Below are positions 33,517-43,989 of a DNA stretch of 64,000 nt, in pieces. Positions within the stretch are counted from its first letter, which is position 1. Every line of letters begins with the position of its first letter. The notes beneath the pieces are model-generated. The model saw nothing but the letters and a program-made list of their open reading frames with translations, did not search any database and was not told the DNA's origin. The position numbers and the translations under genes are program-made. The stretch spans positions 1,440,001-1,504,000 of the forward strand of contig CAXXLL010000002.1 of assembly GCA_963662545.2 (NCBI GenBank), read 5' to 3'. Origin of the DNA: Gammaproteobacteria bacterium (lineage in GTDB: Bacteria; Pseudomonadota; Gammaproteobacteria; Ga0077536).

Positions 33517-34341
33517 CTAGTTCAATGACTTGACTTCGACGGCGTGTCGCTGAACCGCGAGGCGAATCCCGGCCGCCGTCATTTCCCTGTGTATGCCGTT
33601 ATTCACCGCGAACATCAGTTCGAAGTAGCGCGGCGTGGGCACCCAGAATCGGTAGCCCAGCACGATTGCCGCACCTTCGAACGCCTCGATGCCGATAACG
33701 GGCACCGGGCTCTTCGGTAAGTCATTGGTCGATGCGATCACTTTTTCGATGATTGCCGAGGCTTTGTCCGGATCGGCTGTGCCATCGATACCCACCCGAC
33801 CTTCAACGAGCCGGTTGGCGTAGGAATTACGGTGAATCTCGCCGACGATGTGCTTGTTTGGAATGATGATGTCTTCGCCATCTTCCGCGACGAGATGAGT
33901 CGTCGCGAGATCGATATTCGTGACGAGGCCGGAATAATTCTGCACATTGATAGTATCGCCCACCTTATACATGCGCGTCAGGATGATGATGAGCCCCGCT
34001 CCGTAATTGGATACCGGTCCCTGGAGAGCAAAACTCGCGCCGACCGCGAGGCCTCCGATCGCGGCGATCAAGGGCGTAATGCTAAGGCCGAGTTTGCTAA
34101 CCGCGATGATCAGAAACAGTCCAATTACAGCAAGCCTCGCCGTGCTGGCAATGAACTGCCGCAGGGTGACGTCGACATTTCGTCTTTCCTGCATTCGCAG
34201 CACAATGCGCGACACCCACCCACCGACGACGAATCCCGCAATCAGGATCACGATCGCGCCGGCGATCTGGAACGAGTAGGTAACGAGAAAATTGATAATG
34301 AGCTCGTATATTTGTTGAGCGACTTCGATTTCCTGTTTCAT
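33517..34341 (-). CDS. mscS: Small-conductance mechanosensitive channel
   Basis: FALQGPVSNYGAG, KVGD, IIIPN motifs. Confidence 0.9.
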   Translation of the reverse strand: MKQEIEVAQQIYELIINFLVTYSFQIAGAIVILIAGFVVGGWVSRIVLRMQERRNVDVTLRQFIASTARLAVIGLFLIIAVSKLGLSITPLIAAIGGLAVGASFALQGPVSNYGAGLIIILTRMYKVGDTINVQNYSGLVTNIDLATTHLVAEDGEDIIIPNKHIVGEIHRNSYANRLVEGRVGIDGTADPDKASAIIEKVIASTNDLPKSPVPVIGIEAFEGAAIVLGYRFWVPTPRYFELMFAVNNGIHREMTAAGIRLAVQRHAVEVKSLN

Positions 34342-34416
34342 CGACTAAGTTCCACTTGTGTTATCAATCTGTCCGCGAGCATAGGCGAAACGCCTAAATA
34401 CATAAAACGGCCGAAG

Positions 34417-34950
34417 TCATATCGCGAGGCCTTTTTCCACCAGTTCGTCGAGCAATTCCTTTTCCCTGATTCCGCGGCTGTCGCCGCCGCCAAAAATCAG
34501 TAATCCGGAGGCATAATTTTTCCCGAAAGTATTCGCGAGATTGACGGCCTGGCCCAGTCCGAGCAGGAACTCTTCGTCGTCGAGGATCCGCAGCGGGTGG
34601 ATGTAGGCGCTCCAAAGCGTGTCCTTTGCAATCGCATAGCGAGCGTCGAGCGCGGAGTCGAAATTGGCCTGCATCACCCGCACCAGAAGATCCTCGCTCA
34701 AAGCTTCGGCGGCGGTAACGGGCACGATGATGCGCATGCGATCAGCGTTTTCGTCGGTGATGATCATCACGGTGCGGCCGTCGATTACCAGGCGCCAGAA
34801 GCCGTCGCCACCGCTCAGGTCAAGATCGAGATTGGCGAGGAGTTCGCCGCTCCGTTGATTGTTCATGCCGTCCGGCATATTGCGGTCGGCTGAGGCTATT
34901 AACGGCAGCACGCACAAAAGAATCGAACACAAAGAACGGGAGAGCGTCAT
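34417..34950 (-). CDS. Exported hypothetical protein, YbjN/T3SS-chaperone-like fold
   Basis: Signal peptide; TDENADRMRI and MQANFDSALDARYA. Confidence 0.65.
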   Translation of the reverse strand: MTLSRSLCSILLCVLPLIASADRNMPDGMNNQRSGELLANLDLDLSGGDGFWRLVIDGRTVMIITDENADRMRIIVPVTAAEALSEDLLVRVMQANFDSALDARYAIAKDTLWSAYIHPLRILDDEEFLLGLGQAVNLANTFGKNYASGLLIFGGGDSRGIREKELLDELVEKGLAI

Positions 34951-35098
34951 TGCTTGCTCCAGGTCGGGAGGGATCGCGCAATTATGCTGGAAACATCGCG
35001 CACGTACCCGCTTTACCCGGTTAGCTTGCGACGAACACGGGCGAGATTTCCGGGTTAAACTCCAGGGCCTTTGTACAACACCCGATCCGGGGACGACC

Positions 35099-35932
35099 AT
35101 GGCAAAGCAAACTACCGTCGCCGGCGGCGGCGATCTGAAACTCAATGTGCTCGAATGGGGTAACCCCAAAGGGTTCCCAATCCTCTTCATTCACGGTTGG
35201 TCGCAGAGTTATCTCTGCTGGATGAAACAGATCGAAAGCAGCCTGATCCGCGATTTTCGCCTGGTAGCCTTCGACAATCGCGGCCACGGCATGTCGGAAG
35301 CGCCAGCGGCCGAAGCGGCGTACACCGACAGCCAACTGTGGGCCGACGACATCAATGCGATCATAAGGACGCTCGATCTCGAGCGCCCGGTGCTCGTCGG
35401 CTGGTCATACGGGGGCCTGATCATGACCGACTACCTGCGCGCCTACGGCGATCAAAAAATCGCCGGCCTTAACTTCGTAGGCGCAACAGTTCGGCTCAAC
35501 GAGGAAGCGTTGGGTCCGCTCATCGGACCCGGATTTTTTGAACCCTTTCCCAGAGCGACTTCGAGCGATCTCGCCGAGAGCATCGACGGGATACGGGATT
35601 TCATGGATCGTTGCTTTGCCGTACCGCTGTCGCGCGAGGACCATGAAAGAGCCCTATGCTGGAACATGGCGGTGCGGCCCGACGTGCGTGCAAGCCTCGC
35701 GGCCCGCGACATCGTCGGTGACGATGCGTTGCGGTCACTGTCCGTACCGATCCTGGTGACTCAGGGGCGCAAGGACACCATGGTGTTGCCGTCGATGGCC
35801 GAACATATCCTCAAACTCTGCCCCACGGCCAAAGCTTCGTGGTATGAGGGCGTTGCGCACGGCCCCTTCATCGAAGCCCACGAACGATTCAACGAAGAAC
35901 TCGCCGCGTTCGTTCGCTCGGCGAACGCATGA
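35099..35932 (+). CDS. Alpha/beta hydrolase
   Basis: IHGWSQ, DNRGHGMS, GWSYGG nucleophile elbow, terminal His. Confidence 0.92.
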   Translation: MAKQTTVAGGGDLKLNVLEWGNPKGFPILFIHGWSQSYLCWMKQIESSLIRDFRLVAFDNRGHGMSEAPAAEAAYTDSQLWADDINAIIRTLDLERPVLVGWSYGGLIMTDYLRAYGDQKIAGLNFVGATVRLNEEALGPLIGPGFFEPFPRATSSDLAESIDGIRDFMDRCFAVPLSREDHERALCWNMAVRPDVRASLAARDIVGDDALRSLSVPILVTQGRKDTMVLPSMAEHILKLCPTAKASWYEGVAHGPFIEAHERFNEELAAFVRSANA

Positions 35933-35953
35933 CAGGCCGCTTCGATCAGGCCT

Positions 35954-36358
35954 TCATTTGGGCGCGTCATCGTATGGATGGTTCATGTCCGGATCAAAAA
36001 TCAGGTTCTCCTTCGTCATGAACACGCGTGAGTTCGCAAAATCGATGAATGTGCTCTCGTCATCGAGCAGGGCCTGGTAAGCGGTCTTGCCTTCTTCGGT
36101 GGCCATGCTGGCGCGCAGGTCTTCCTCGCTATTCCACCAGACTTCCGTGATACCGTCGTAGGGATCTGCAAGACCGCGCGACGCCTGGAACGTATCGTTC
36201 AGATCGGTCTCGATGGTGTGGCTCTGTATGTAGCGTCTCGCATTCATCGTTTTGACGAAGCTCGTGACGAGCGGCCCATGTGACTCGCGCCAGTATTTAT
36301 GGAACTTCTCGGGCGAGACGTCTGCGCGCTTACGCAGGCAGTAGACAAGTTTGATCAT
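35954..36358 (-). CDS. EthD-domain protein
   Basis: FHKYWRESHGPLV, RYIQSH, YDGITEVWW, DESTFID. Confidence 0.88.
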   Translation of the reverse strand: MIKLVYCLRKRADVSPEKFHKYWRESHGPLVTSFVKTMNARRYIQSHTIETDLNDTFQASRGLADPYDGITEVWWNSEEDLRASMATEEGKTAYQALLDDESTFIDFANSRVFMTKENLIFDPDMNHPYDDAPK

Positions 36359-36488
36359 GGCTTGTGGCTCCTCTCATACCTTGGACAGAACTTCGATGGT
36401 GCCGCGTCGAGGGCGGTTAATCCAGCGGCGGGTGGGTTGCTCGGTGTAGGATAGGGTGACGACATCCTGATCAAATGGAGATCCGACA

Positions 36489-37361
36489 ATGAACCTAGAC
36501 GGCCCCCTGGTGACGACGCAATGGCTGGCAGACCATCTCGGGGAGGCCTCGCTGAGGATCTACGACACTACGATCTTTCTGAGCCATAAGGAGAATGGAT
36601 TCGGGTATATCCCGATCAGTGGGCGTGATGAATGGGAAGCAGAACATATCCCAGGCGCTGGGTTTCTCGACGTCATCGAGGACCTTTCGGATCACACGAC
36701 CGCGATCCCCTTCACGATGCCGCCGGCGGACCTTTTCGCGGCGGCGATGGCGTCGCACGGGGTGGGCGACGATTCCACCGTCGTGCTGTACAACAAGGGT
36801 TTTCCAATGTGGTCGACCCGGGTGTGGTGGATGCTGTACTCAGTAGGATTCGATCGCGTGGCGGTACTGGATGGCGGTTGGGAGAAGTGGCAGCGGGAAG
36901 AACGCCCGGTCAGTGACGCGCTGCCGGAACATCCGGCCGGCAGCCTGACGCCGCGGGTGCAGCCTGAGATGTGGGCCGCCAAGGACGACATGCTCGCGAT
37001 GATAGCTGGCGGCTCACCCGTGACCATCAACGCCCTGTCACCGGCGGTCTATAGTGGCGAGACGAACCAATACGGCCGGCCCGGGCACCTCCCGGGGACC
37101 CATAATGTTTTCTACGGCGACTTGCTCGATGCGGACAGTGGAGAGTTTCTGGCTCCCGATCAATTGAAAAAACTGTTCGAGGCTAGCGGAGCACTCGAGA
37201 GCGACCGCGTCATTACCTATTGCGGCGGCGGGATATCGGCAACCATGGATTCCCTTGCCCTGATGCTGTGTGGGCAGGCGAACGTTGCGGTTTACGACGG
37301 CTCGATGTCGGAATGGGTCAAGGACGAATCGCTGCCCTTGAAGCTCGGCAGCGAGCCCTAA
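36489..37361 (+). CDS. Sulfurtransferase (SseA-like tandem rhodanese)
   Basis: HIPGA, VLDGG, YCGGGISA, YDGSMSEW. Confidence 0.92.
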   Translation: MNLDGPLVTTQWLADHLGEASLRIYDTTIFLSHKENGFGYIPISGRDEWEAEHIPGAGFLDVIEDLSDHTTAIPFTMPPADLFAAAMASHGVGDDSTVVLYNKGFPMWSTRVWWMLYSVGFDRVAVLDGGWEKWQREERPVSDALPEHPAGSLTPRVQPEMWAAKDDMLAMIAGGSPVTINALSPAVYSGETNQYGRPGHLPGTHNVFYGDLLDADSGEFLAPDQLKKLFEASGALESDRVITYCGGGISATMDSLALMLCGQANVAVYDGSMSEWVKDESLPLKLGSEP

Positions 37362-37362
37362 C

Positions 37363-38148
37363 ATGAACGATTCCGTATTGCTGGTCGAGAAAACGGACGG
37401 GCTTGCGACCGTTACGCTCAACCGTCCCGACAAGATGAACGCTCTGTCGCTGGAACTGCGCCGGGCGATCGCGGACACCTTCCAAGGGCTCGAGGAAGAC
37501 GACGGAGTTGCGGTCGTGATCGTAACGGGTGCGGGCAAGGCATTCTGCGCCGGCCTTGATTTGAAGGAGCTCGGTAGCGGCGAGGCCGAGGTCGGTCAGC
37601 CGGACCAAGCATGGGGGGATCCGGTCCGCGCGATGGCGGATTTCTCGGGCCCCATCATCGGGGCCGTCAACGGCGTGGCGGTGACGGGCGGTTTCGAGCT
37701 CGCACTCGCCTGCGACGTACTCGTCGCTTCGACCCGGGCGCGTTTCGCCGATACCCATGGCCGCATCGGGCTTGCTCCGGCCTGGGGCTTGAGTCAGAGA
37801 CTGCCGCGTTTGATTGGACTTGCGCGCGCAAAGGAAGTATCGCTGACGGGTAACTACGTCGATGCGCAAACGGCTGAACGTTGGGGGCTCGTTAATCGTG
37901 TAGTCGAGCCGGACGAACTGCTGCCGATTTGCCGGCGAATGGCCACCGATATGTTGTCGATGGTACCGTCGTTTCTGCCGTTCTACAAACGCCTCCTGGA
38001 TACCGGTTACGGCATGAATTTCGATGATGCCATGGCGTTTGAAGTTCGCGAAGCGGCGGATCACAACAGCAGCGTCAGCGCGACCGAGGTCGAAGCATTG
38101 CGCGAAAGCGTCATGCGCCGCGGCAAGCGGCAAACCCGCGGTAATTAA
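37363..38148 (+). CDS. Enoyl-CoA hydratase/isomerase
   Basis: LNRPDKMNAL, FCAGLDL, GGFELALACD. Confidence 0.92.
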   Translation: MNDSVLLVEKTDGLATVTLNRPDKMNALSLELRRAIADTFQGLEEDDGVAVVIVTGAGKAFCAGLDLKELGSGEAEVGQPDQAWGDPVRAMADFSGPIIGAVNGVAVTGGFELALACDVLVASTRARFADTHGRIGLAPAWGLSQRLPRLIGLARAKEVSLTGNYVDAQTAERWGLVNRVVEPDELLPICRRMATDMLSMVPSFLPFYKRLLDTGYGMNFDDAMAFEVREAADHNSSVSATEVEALRESVMRRGKRQTRGN

Positions 38149-38154
38149 AAGAAG

Positions 38155-38796
38155 CTAGGCGGGCAGGGCGCCGGACGTTTTATTTACGCTCCTGATATAG
38201 GCGCGCACGACGACGTAAAGAACCAGCGCGTTTAACGAATGCCAGATAAAGTGTGTTCCCCACGGCCATTGGACGCATAGCAGATTGTCGACCGTGCGCG
38301 CGCCAAGCGAGCCGAGAAAAATCATGCTGGCTACGATTAATGGCCATGCGCCCGGTCCCGAGGCGAAGTGTTGATGAGCGCCAATGAGTATGAGTGCGAC
38401 CGCGGCGGGTGCATAAGCAAGCGATCCGTTCAGTGTTTGTGGATACATTGCGCAAATAACGATGGTCGCCGCGAATGAGCAGAGGAGCGACGCTGCAGTA
38501 AGCCTTTCGAGCATCACGACGCACCGTAGATGAAGCCACAAGTAAGCGAGTTGGAAGAAGAGGAGCGGGATCACGTCGAGCAGCTTCGCCCAGGGTAAGG
38601 CGAAGGTGTGAAACAGCCCGCTGCCGATACCGATCGCGAACATCGTTCCGGCAAGTACCATTACATCGCGCCGGGCTGATTTGCGCGCCGAACGCCAGCA
38701 CCACCATGCGGCGATCATGAAGAAACCATTGGTCGATGCGTTAAGCGGTTCGGCCAGGAGACTCGGACCGATGCGTTCGCAATAGAGATCGATCAT
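38155..38796 (-). CDS. Ceramidase-domain (CREST superfamily) membrane protein
   Basis: YCER...EPLNASTN, GSGLFHT, GTHFIWHSLN. Confidence 0.85.
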   Translation of the reverse strand: MIDLYCERIGPSLLAEPLNASTNGFFMIAAWWCWRSARKSARRDVMVLAGTMFAIGIGSGLFHTFALPWAKLLDVIPLLFFQLAYLWLHLRCVVMLERLTAASLLCSFAATIVICAMYPQTLNGSLAYAPAAVALILIGAHQHFASGPGAWPLIVASMIFLGSLGARTVDNLLCVQWPWGTHFIWHSLNALVLYVVVRAYIRSVNKTSGALPA

Positions 38797-38830
38797 GGCG
38801 GCGGAGCCGGCGGCGTGGCGACCCGATTAA

Positions 38831-38992
38831 GAAACCTCTGAATAAGTTATGGTGCGGGTGAACAGGGCATGAAATCGTGCAGATCAAGGCACGAATCGCA
38901 GGCCAAAGCGGGGACTATTGGCAAGATTCGTAACGCCAAGCTGTGCGATTTCAGGCGCACGGCAGGTGTGCCATAACTTATGCAGAGGTTCC
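38831..38992. mobile_element. 162-bp MITE
   Basis: IRs GAAACCTCTGAATAAGTTATGG / GGAACCTCTGCATAAGTTATGG, flanked by TTAA on both sides; no ORF. Confidence 0.8.
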
Positions 38993-39031
38993 TTAAGCCA
39001 AGGCGAATAACGCGCCTGGTACAGCCTTCAA

Positions 39032-39391
39032 CTACGCGTCATTTTCCGGCCACACTTCATTCAGGCTGCGCAGCGCGCCGACGGCGTTTGGCCAACCGGC
39101 ATAGTGCGCGGCATGGGTGATCATATCCACTAGCTTCTCCCGCGGGATCCCCAACCGTTTCGCTCCGGCAAAATGAAAACGTTGTTCCGGTTCGCGCGCC
39201 AGCGCTGTAAGCATCGTGCAGGTGACGAGCGAGCGTTCTTCCAGGCTCAAGCTCTCACCTTGCCACACGTCTCCGAACAGGTGCTCTAAGGTGTAGTTGC
39301 GAAACCTTTCCGGAAAGGCATTGATTGCGTCGGCATCCCCGCACAGGCGCTCAAGCACCGCACGCCCTTTCGCCGCTCGTTCTTCACTCAT
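39032..39391 (-). CDS. Carboxymuconolactone decarboxylase-family protein
   Basis: LFGDVW, ERSLVT, HYAGWP. Confidence 0.88.
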   Translation of the reverse strand: MSEERAAKGRAVLERLCGDADAINAFPERFRNYTLEHLFGDVWQGESLSLEERSLVTCTMLTALAREPEQRFHFAGAKRLGIPREKLVDMITHAAHYAGWPNAVGALRSLNEVWPENDA

Positions 39392-39667
39392 GTTTAAAAT
39401 CCCCCCTGTGATTGAGATCCGATTTGCGATGTTCGCGCACCGCCGTCCAGAACGTCCAGTATCGGGGCGCGAGCGTCGTTCGGCAACTGCCGCAGTCGTA
39501 TTCGCTTCTTCGGTCTTCCCATACACGTACAGTCCGACAAGGACTTGAGTTTGCACCAACGCGTTGATGCCCGATGCTACTGGCACGCAAAAATCAGATT
39601 TGGTACCGGCACCCGGAGGCACGGCGCATTCGAAAACTAATCGCGCACTATTTGTACCTACGAGTCG

Positions 39668-40714
39668 TTATGCGGCCTTGGTCGACGTACCGACTTTGTT
39701 GATTTCAATGCGATTGCGTCCTGATTCCTTGGCGCGATAGAGCGCCTCGTCGGCGCGCGCAATCGTGTCCTCGATGGCTTCGCCGTGAATCAATGCAGTT
39801 ACGCCAATCGAGATGGTTACGCGGTTGATCTCTTCACCGGTTTTTGGATTATAGATGCGGCCCTTCGCGATGCTTTTCCGAATCGATTCGGCAACGCTCG
39901 CCGCACCTTCGAGAGGCGTCTCTGGCAGAAGGATGATGAATTCCTCGCCGCCGAAACGCGCGGCCAGGTCCTTGCCCTTGGTGAGATTAGCGAATGCTGT
40001 GGCGACCACCTTGATGATCTTATCGCCGAAAATATGGCCATAATTGTCATTTATCGATTTGAATTTATCGATATCGCCAATCAGAAGACAATGCGGCAGC
40101 GCGCGGAAGTTATCGGTGGCTTCGAGGGCTTTCAGCCGGTCTGCGAACCCTTTCCGATTGGCGAGCCCCGTCATTGGATCGGTCTTCGCTTCGATGCGGA
40201 CTTTATCGAGTTCCTCGCGCAATGTCTCAGCTTCTTTACGGCTTTCCTCGAGGTGCTGGTGCAAAGCCGCGCTGCCTTCGTTCATCTGATGCGTGCTTTC
40301 AATGAGGCTGCCGACGACCTCGCGCAGATCATCGGCCGCAACGTCTCCGGTCAGTTGTGAAGCGCATTGCTGCAACGATTCTTCGTAGCGTGAGACTTCC
40401 GTATCAGCGGTGCTTAGCGATGAGGCAACGGCTTCCAGTAACTTTCTAACGGTGCGCTGCGCGGAATCGACGCGCGTTTGATCGGTGGGGTCGACGAGCT
40501 GATGATAAAGTTGGCGCGTTGCCTTTTCGTTGACCGCTTCACCGGCTTCCAGCATCCGATCAATGGCCTCTTTCAAGGCCTGGTTACAACCAGAAACGTA
40601 TTCGTACCAGACTGCGTAATTCAGCGGCGCGATCGGCACCCGCTGTTTCGACATCAGTGGTAGCGCCATGCGGAGATACGCCGATGCCGCTTCGAAGGAC
40701 ACTTTTCGAGTCAT
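39668..40714 (-). CDS. Diguanylate cyclase (GGDEF)
   Basis: DPMTGLANR, DIDKFKSINDNYGH, RFGGEEF. Confidence 0.95.
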   Translation of the reverse strand: MTRKVSFEAASAYLRMALPLMSKQRVPIAPLNYAVWYEYVSGCNQALKEAIDRMLEAGEAVNEKATRQLYHQLVDPTDQTRVDSAQRTVRKLLEAVASSLSTADTEVSRYEESLQQCASQLTGDVAADDLREVVGSLIESTHQMNEGSAALHQHLEESRKEAETLREELDKVRIEAKTDPMTGLANRKGFADRLKALEATDNFRALPHCLLIGDIDKFKSINDNYGHIFGDKIIKVVATAFANLTKGKDLAARFGGEEFIILLPETPLEGAASVAESIRKSIAKGRIYNPKTGEEINRVTISIGVTALIHGEAIEDTIARADEALYRAKESGRNRIEINKVGTSTKAA

Positions 40715-41089
40715 AGCCTGTCTTTTTCTCTACCCCAAGTGGGTTATCGTCACTGAGAAGCGAACCTTGAGCGCAATTATGAAGCGCTTTAGTGCTGCAG
40801 ACGCCGACCCGTCGCGGCCGGATGTTGTCTACGGAATTGTCGGCGGCGGCCGTCTCGACAGCGACGGCCGCACCGCCTGACCGGCTGCGCCGGCGGTTTC
40901 AGATGATGACGATTCACTAATTCCGAACGCCGACGGGAAAATTACCAGGCAACCAGGATCGGCCCCGGTTTGCGACAAGCGGATAGTTTTGAGCAAGTAG
41001 CTGTCCTGTCAGCCAGGGCGCTGCATCGGCTAGAATGGAACGGCGCGTCCTGACGCGCGGGTAGCCGATCGGTTAAAGGTGGTGATGCC

Positions 41090-41716
41090 GTGTCAGACCA
41101 GCAATTCGCAGTCGTATTCAAGGGCAAGGTCGTCGAAGGCGCCGATCCGGCGCAGGTGCGGGCCAATTTGGCGAAGCTGTTCAAAGCCGACGCGAAACGG
41201 ATCGAGGCCTTGTTCTCCGGCAAAACCGTCGTCGTGAAAAAGGGCGTCGACGAGGACACCGCGCAGCATTACATAGCGCTCCTGACCAAGGCCGGCGCCG
41301 TCGCCGCAATCGTCGACACCACGGCCAAGACGCAAGCCGTTTCGAAGCCAGCGGCGGAACCCGTCAAGCCGGAACAAAGCGAGCCCGCTACGCCACAAGC
41401 AGCCGTGCCGATGCAAGCACTAGCGACCGCCGCGGGCGAGACATCCAGCACGCCGCCCCAGGCGATCGATGCGACCATGGCCGAGCCGGGCGTCCTCCTG
41501 GTTGATCCGCAACACGTGGAAGCGGCAATTATCGATACTGCGCATCTGGACATGGCGGAAGTCGGCGCCGATCTGGTCGAGTATCTGCACGTGGACGAGC
41601 CGGAGTTCGATTTGAGCGCCTTCACGCTCGACCCACCGGGCGTCATCCTGGTTGAACCGGAGAAGATCACGCCGCCGGATTTCGACACCAGCGAACTGTC
41701 GCTCGACGAAAACTGA
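41090..41716 (+). CDS. Conserved hypothetical protein
   Basis: VFKGKV...VRANLAKLFK N-domain and acidic MAEPG/MAEVG repeats. Confidence 0.7.
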   Translation: MSDQQFAVVFKGKVVEGADPAQVRANLAKLFKADAKRIEALFSGKTVVVKKGVDEDTAQHYIALLTKAGAVAAIVDTTAKTQAVSKPAAEPVKPEQSEPATPQAAVPMQALATAAGETSSTPPQAIDATMAEPGVLLVDPQHVEAAIIDTAHLDMAEVGADLVEYLHVDEPEFDLSAFTLDPPGVILVEPEKITPPDFDTSELSLDEN

Positions 41717-41877
41717 GGTCGCATAAGCTCGCCGGTCATCGTCCGGTTCAGCAGGCCGCCCTAATAATCGAAAGCCAGCGGCACGATTATCGCGCGCTGC
41801 TTCATGATCGGTTTCATGCCGCACTCGAAATGGACGAGTTTGAGCCGTGTGGTCTTAGAATAGAACCTATCTCAAAA

Positions 41878-43896
41878 TTATCCGCGGGTGACATGGACTT
41901 CGGTCGAATGCACGCTGGTGCTCCCACCCATGTCGGCCATGCGCGCCCGGTGAACGAAATTCACGTTAGTTCGCGACCCTTCGAGGCGCGGCCAGCGTCC
42001 CTTGTAGGAGACGACAGTGCCGGGCAATACGCGGTCGTCGATCCGTGCCGTAAGTTCAATCGCGCCGGTTTTGTTCGATACCTTGACCGGCCCGCCGTCA
42101 TCAATTCCCAGACGTTCGGCATCGGCGGGATGCAGGTGCAGCGCGGCCGGCCCTGACTGCTCGTCGATGTGTGGATCATTCGAATAAGAGTCGTTCATCC
42201 GCCATTTTGACGCTGGCGTCAGCAATCTCATGCCGCCCTTGCCCGCCGGGGCATCCGCCCACGGCTGCGGCGTGCGCGGTAGACCCATTTCCTCCGCCTG
42301 CGCTGAGGCGATTTCAATCTTGCCGCTGGGGGTGTCGAATTTCTGATCAGCGAACATCGGCATCGGTTCATCGCCGAGCGCGAAATAACCACGGCGCTTG
42401 AGCTCCTCGAAATCGAAGCCGGGGGCCATCTGCCCCATCATCGTCGCGAGCAGGGTTTCGTCGGATTCAAACAAGGCCGGTTCGTCGAGCTTCATTGCCC
42501 CGGCGAGGCGGCGGAAAATTTCTGCGTTTGGTAGTGACTCGCCCATGGGTTCGGAGATTTTGGCCTGCGCCCCCATGTGAAGATGAAAATAACTGAAAGT
42601 GAGGTCATCGTATTCGAGGAAGCTGGCAGCGGGCAGTACGATATCCGCGCAAGTCGCGGTATCGGTCATGAAGACGTCGCAGACGACCGTGAAGAGATCG
42701 TCGCGTTCGAGCGCCTTGCGCAGACGCGTTTGCTCGGGCGCAGAAGCGAGCGGGTTGGTATTCCACGAGAAAAAGACATTGAATTCGTCGGGATCGGCCA
42801 AGCGGCTGGCGAGTTCCATGTGACTGACTGTCTTACCGCCGTCCTTTGCGAGGGCTGCACCGCCGAGCCAGTCGAGGTCGATACCGGCGAAGATCGGTGT
42901 GATATTGAGATAACAGAAACCGGCGCCGGGCTTGCCGACGTTGCCGGTCACAGCCGGCAGCAGGCCGGCCGCCCGCATGACGTTGCCGCCTGTCGCCTGT
43001 CGCTGCAGTGCCTGGCCACACCAGAGCAGGGACGGACCCTCCCCATAGATCGCGGCCGCGCGCTCGATGTCGGCGACAGGCACGCCGCTCTTTTCTGCGC
43101 CCCAGGCGGGCGTCGCGCGTTCGATGTCGTCATTGATTTCCTCGATCCCGACGGTATGTTCGGCAATGTAGGCCTCGTCGAAGCGGCCGTCGCGTTTGAG
43201 GCAATGCAGGAGGCTGAAAGCCAGCGCCGCGTCGGTGCCGGGCCGGGGTTGCAGATGCAGGTCCGCGGCCTCGGCCGTTTCCGTACGAATGGGATCGATG
43301 ACGATCAGCTTGCCCGGCGCTTCCGGCAGCCAGTGATCGTGCGCGTGCGGCGCTGAATGTGACGGGTTTGCGCCCCAGACCAGGATGCATTTCGCATCCT
43401 TCGCGGTACGGGGATCGAAGCCCATGACGGAATTACCGAACTGCAAGTGCCAGGCGACGTGTCCGGCCGCGTTGCAGATGCTGTCCGGGTCGACCTCCGA
43501 GGCGCCGAGATAGGTGAACAGACGATTGGGAAAGAGATATCCGATGAGCGACAAGGTGCCGGAGTAGTGCGTGTGCAGGATGGAGGCCGCGCCGCGGTTG
43601 TCAATCGCGCCCTGCATCTTCTCCGCAACTGTCCGCAAAGCTTCGTCCCAGGAGATCGGTTCGAACGCAGTCGAACCCCTGGCTCCGACCCGACGTAAGG
43701 GCGTCTGCAGCCGGGCATTGGGATCCTGCCACACGCCGTTATAGGCGACGGCACATTTGCTGCAGAGCTTGCCCCGCGAGACCGGGTGGTCCGGGTCGCC
43801 CAGTACGCGGTGTCGGCCGTCGTCGCGGCGTTCGACGACGATACCGCAACCGTCATAACAGTCCCTCGGACAATTGGTCTTAATGCGATTGATCAT
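41878..43896 (-). CDS. Molybdopterin-dependent oxidoreductase
   Basis: CPRDCYDGC...LCSK 4Fe-4S motif, WGANP, ADIVLPAA, HPADA binding domain. Confidence 0.93.
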   Translation of the reverse strand: MINRIKTNCPRDCYDGCGIVVERRDDGRHRVLGDPDHPVSRGKLCSKCAVAYNGVWQDPNARLQTPLRRVGARGSTAFEPISWDEALRTVAEKMQGAIDNRGAASILHTHYSGTLSLIGYLFPNRLFTYLGASEVDPDSICNAAGHVAWHLQFGNSVMGFDPRTAKDAKCILVWGANPSHSAPHAHDHWLPEAPGKLIVIDPIRTETAEAADLHLQPRPGTDAALAFSLLHCLKRDGRFDEAYIAEHTVGIEEINDDIERATPAWGAEKSGVPVADIERAAAIYGEGPSLLWCGQALQRQATGGNVMRAAGLLPAVTGNVGKPGAGFCYLNITPIFAGIDLDWLGGAALAKDGGKTVSHMELASRLADPDEFNVFFSWNTNPLASAPEQTRLRKALERDDLFTVVCDVFMTDTATCADIVLPAASFLEYDDLTFSYFHLHMGAQAKISEPMGESLPNAEIFRRLAGAMKLDEPALFESDETLLATMMGQMAPGFDFEELKRRGYFALGDEPMPMFADQKFDTPSGKIEIASAQAEEMGLPRTPQPWADAPAGKGGMRLLTPASKWRMNDSYSNDPHIDEQSGPAALHLHPADAERLGIDDGGPVKVSNKTGAIELTARIDDRVLPGTVVSYKGRWPRLEGSRTNVNFVHRARMADMGGSTSVHSTEVHVTRG

Positions 43897-43989
43897 CGTC
43901 GTGTTCTCCCGTCCGTAGTTTCGTTCTGTCGAGGATAGAAAGTTCGGTTTGGTGATTCGATGACCTGGACGATCAAGCTTGCCCGCTCG

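Noticed and set aside
41857-41880. AGAACCTATCTCAAAA, a possible MITE end at the oxidoreductase stop
   Set aside because: No second inverted end or TSD found.
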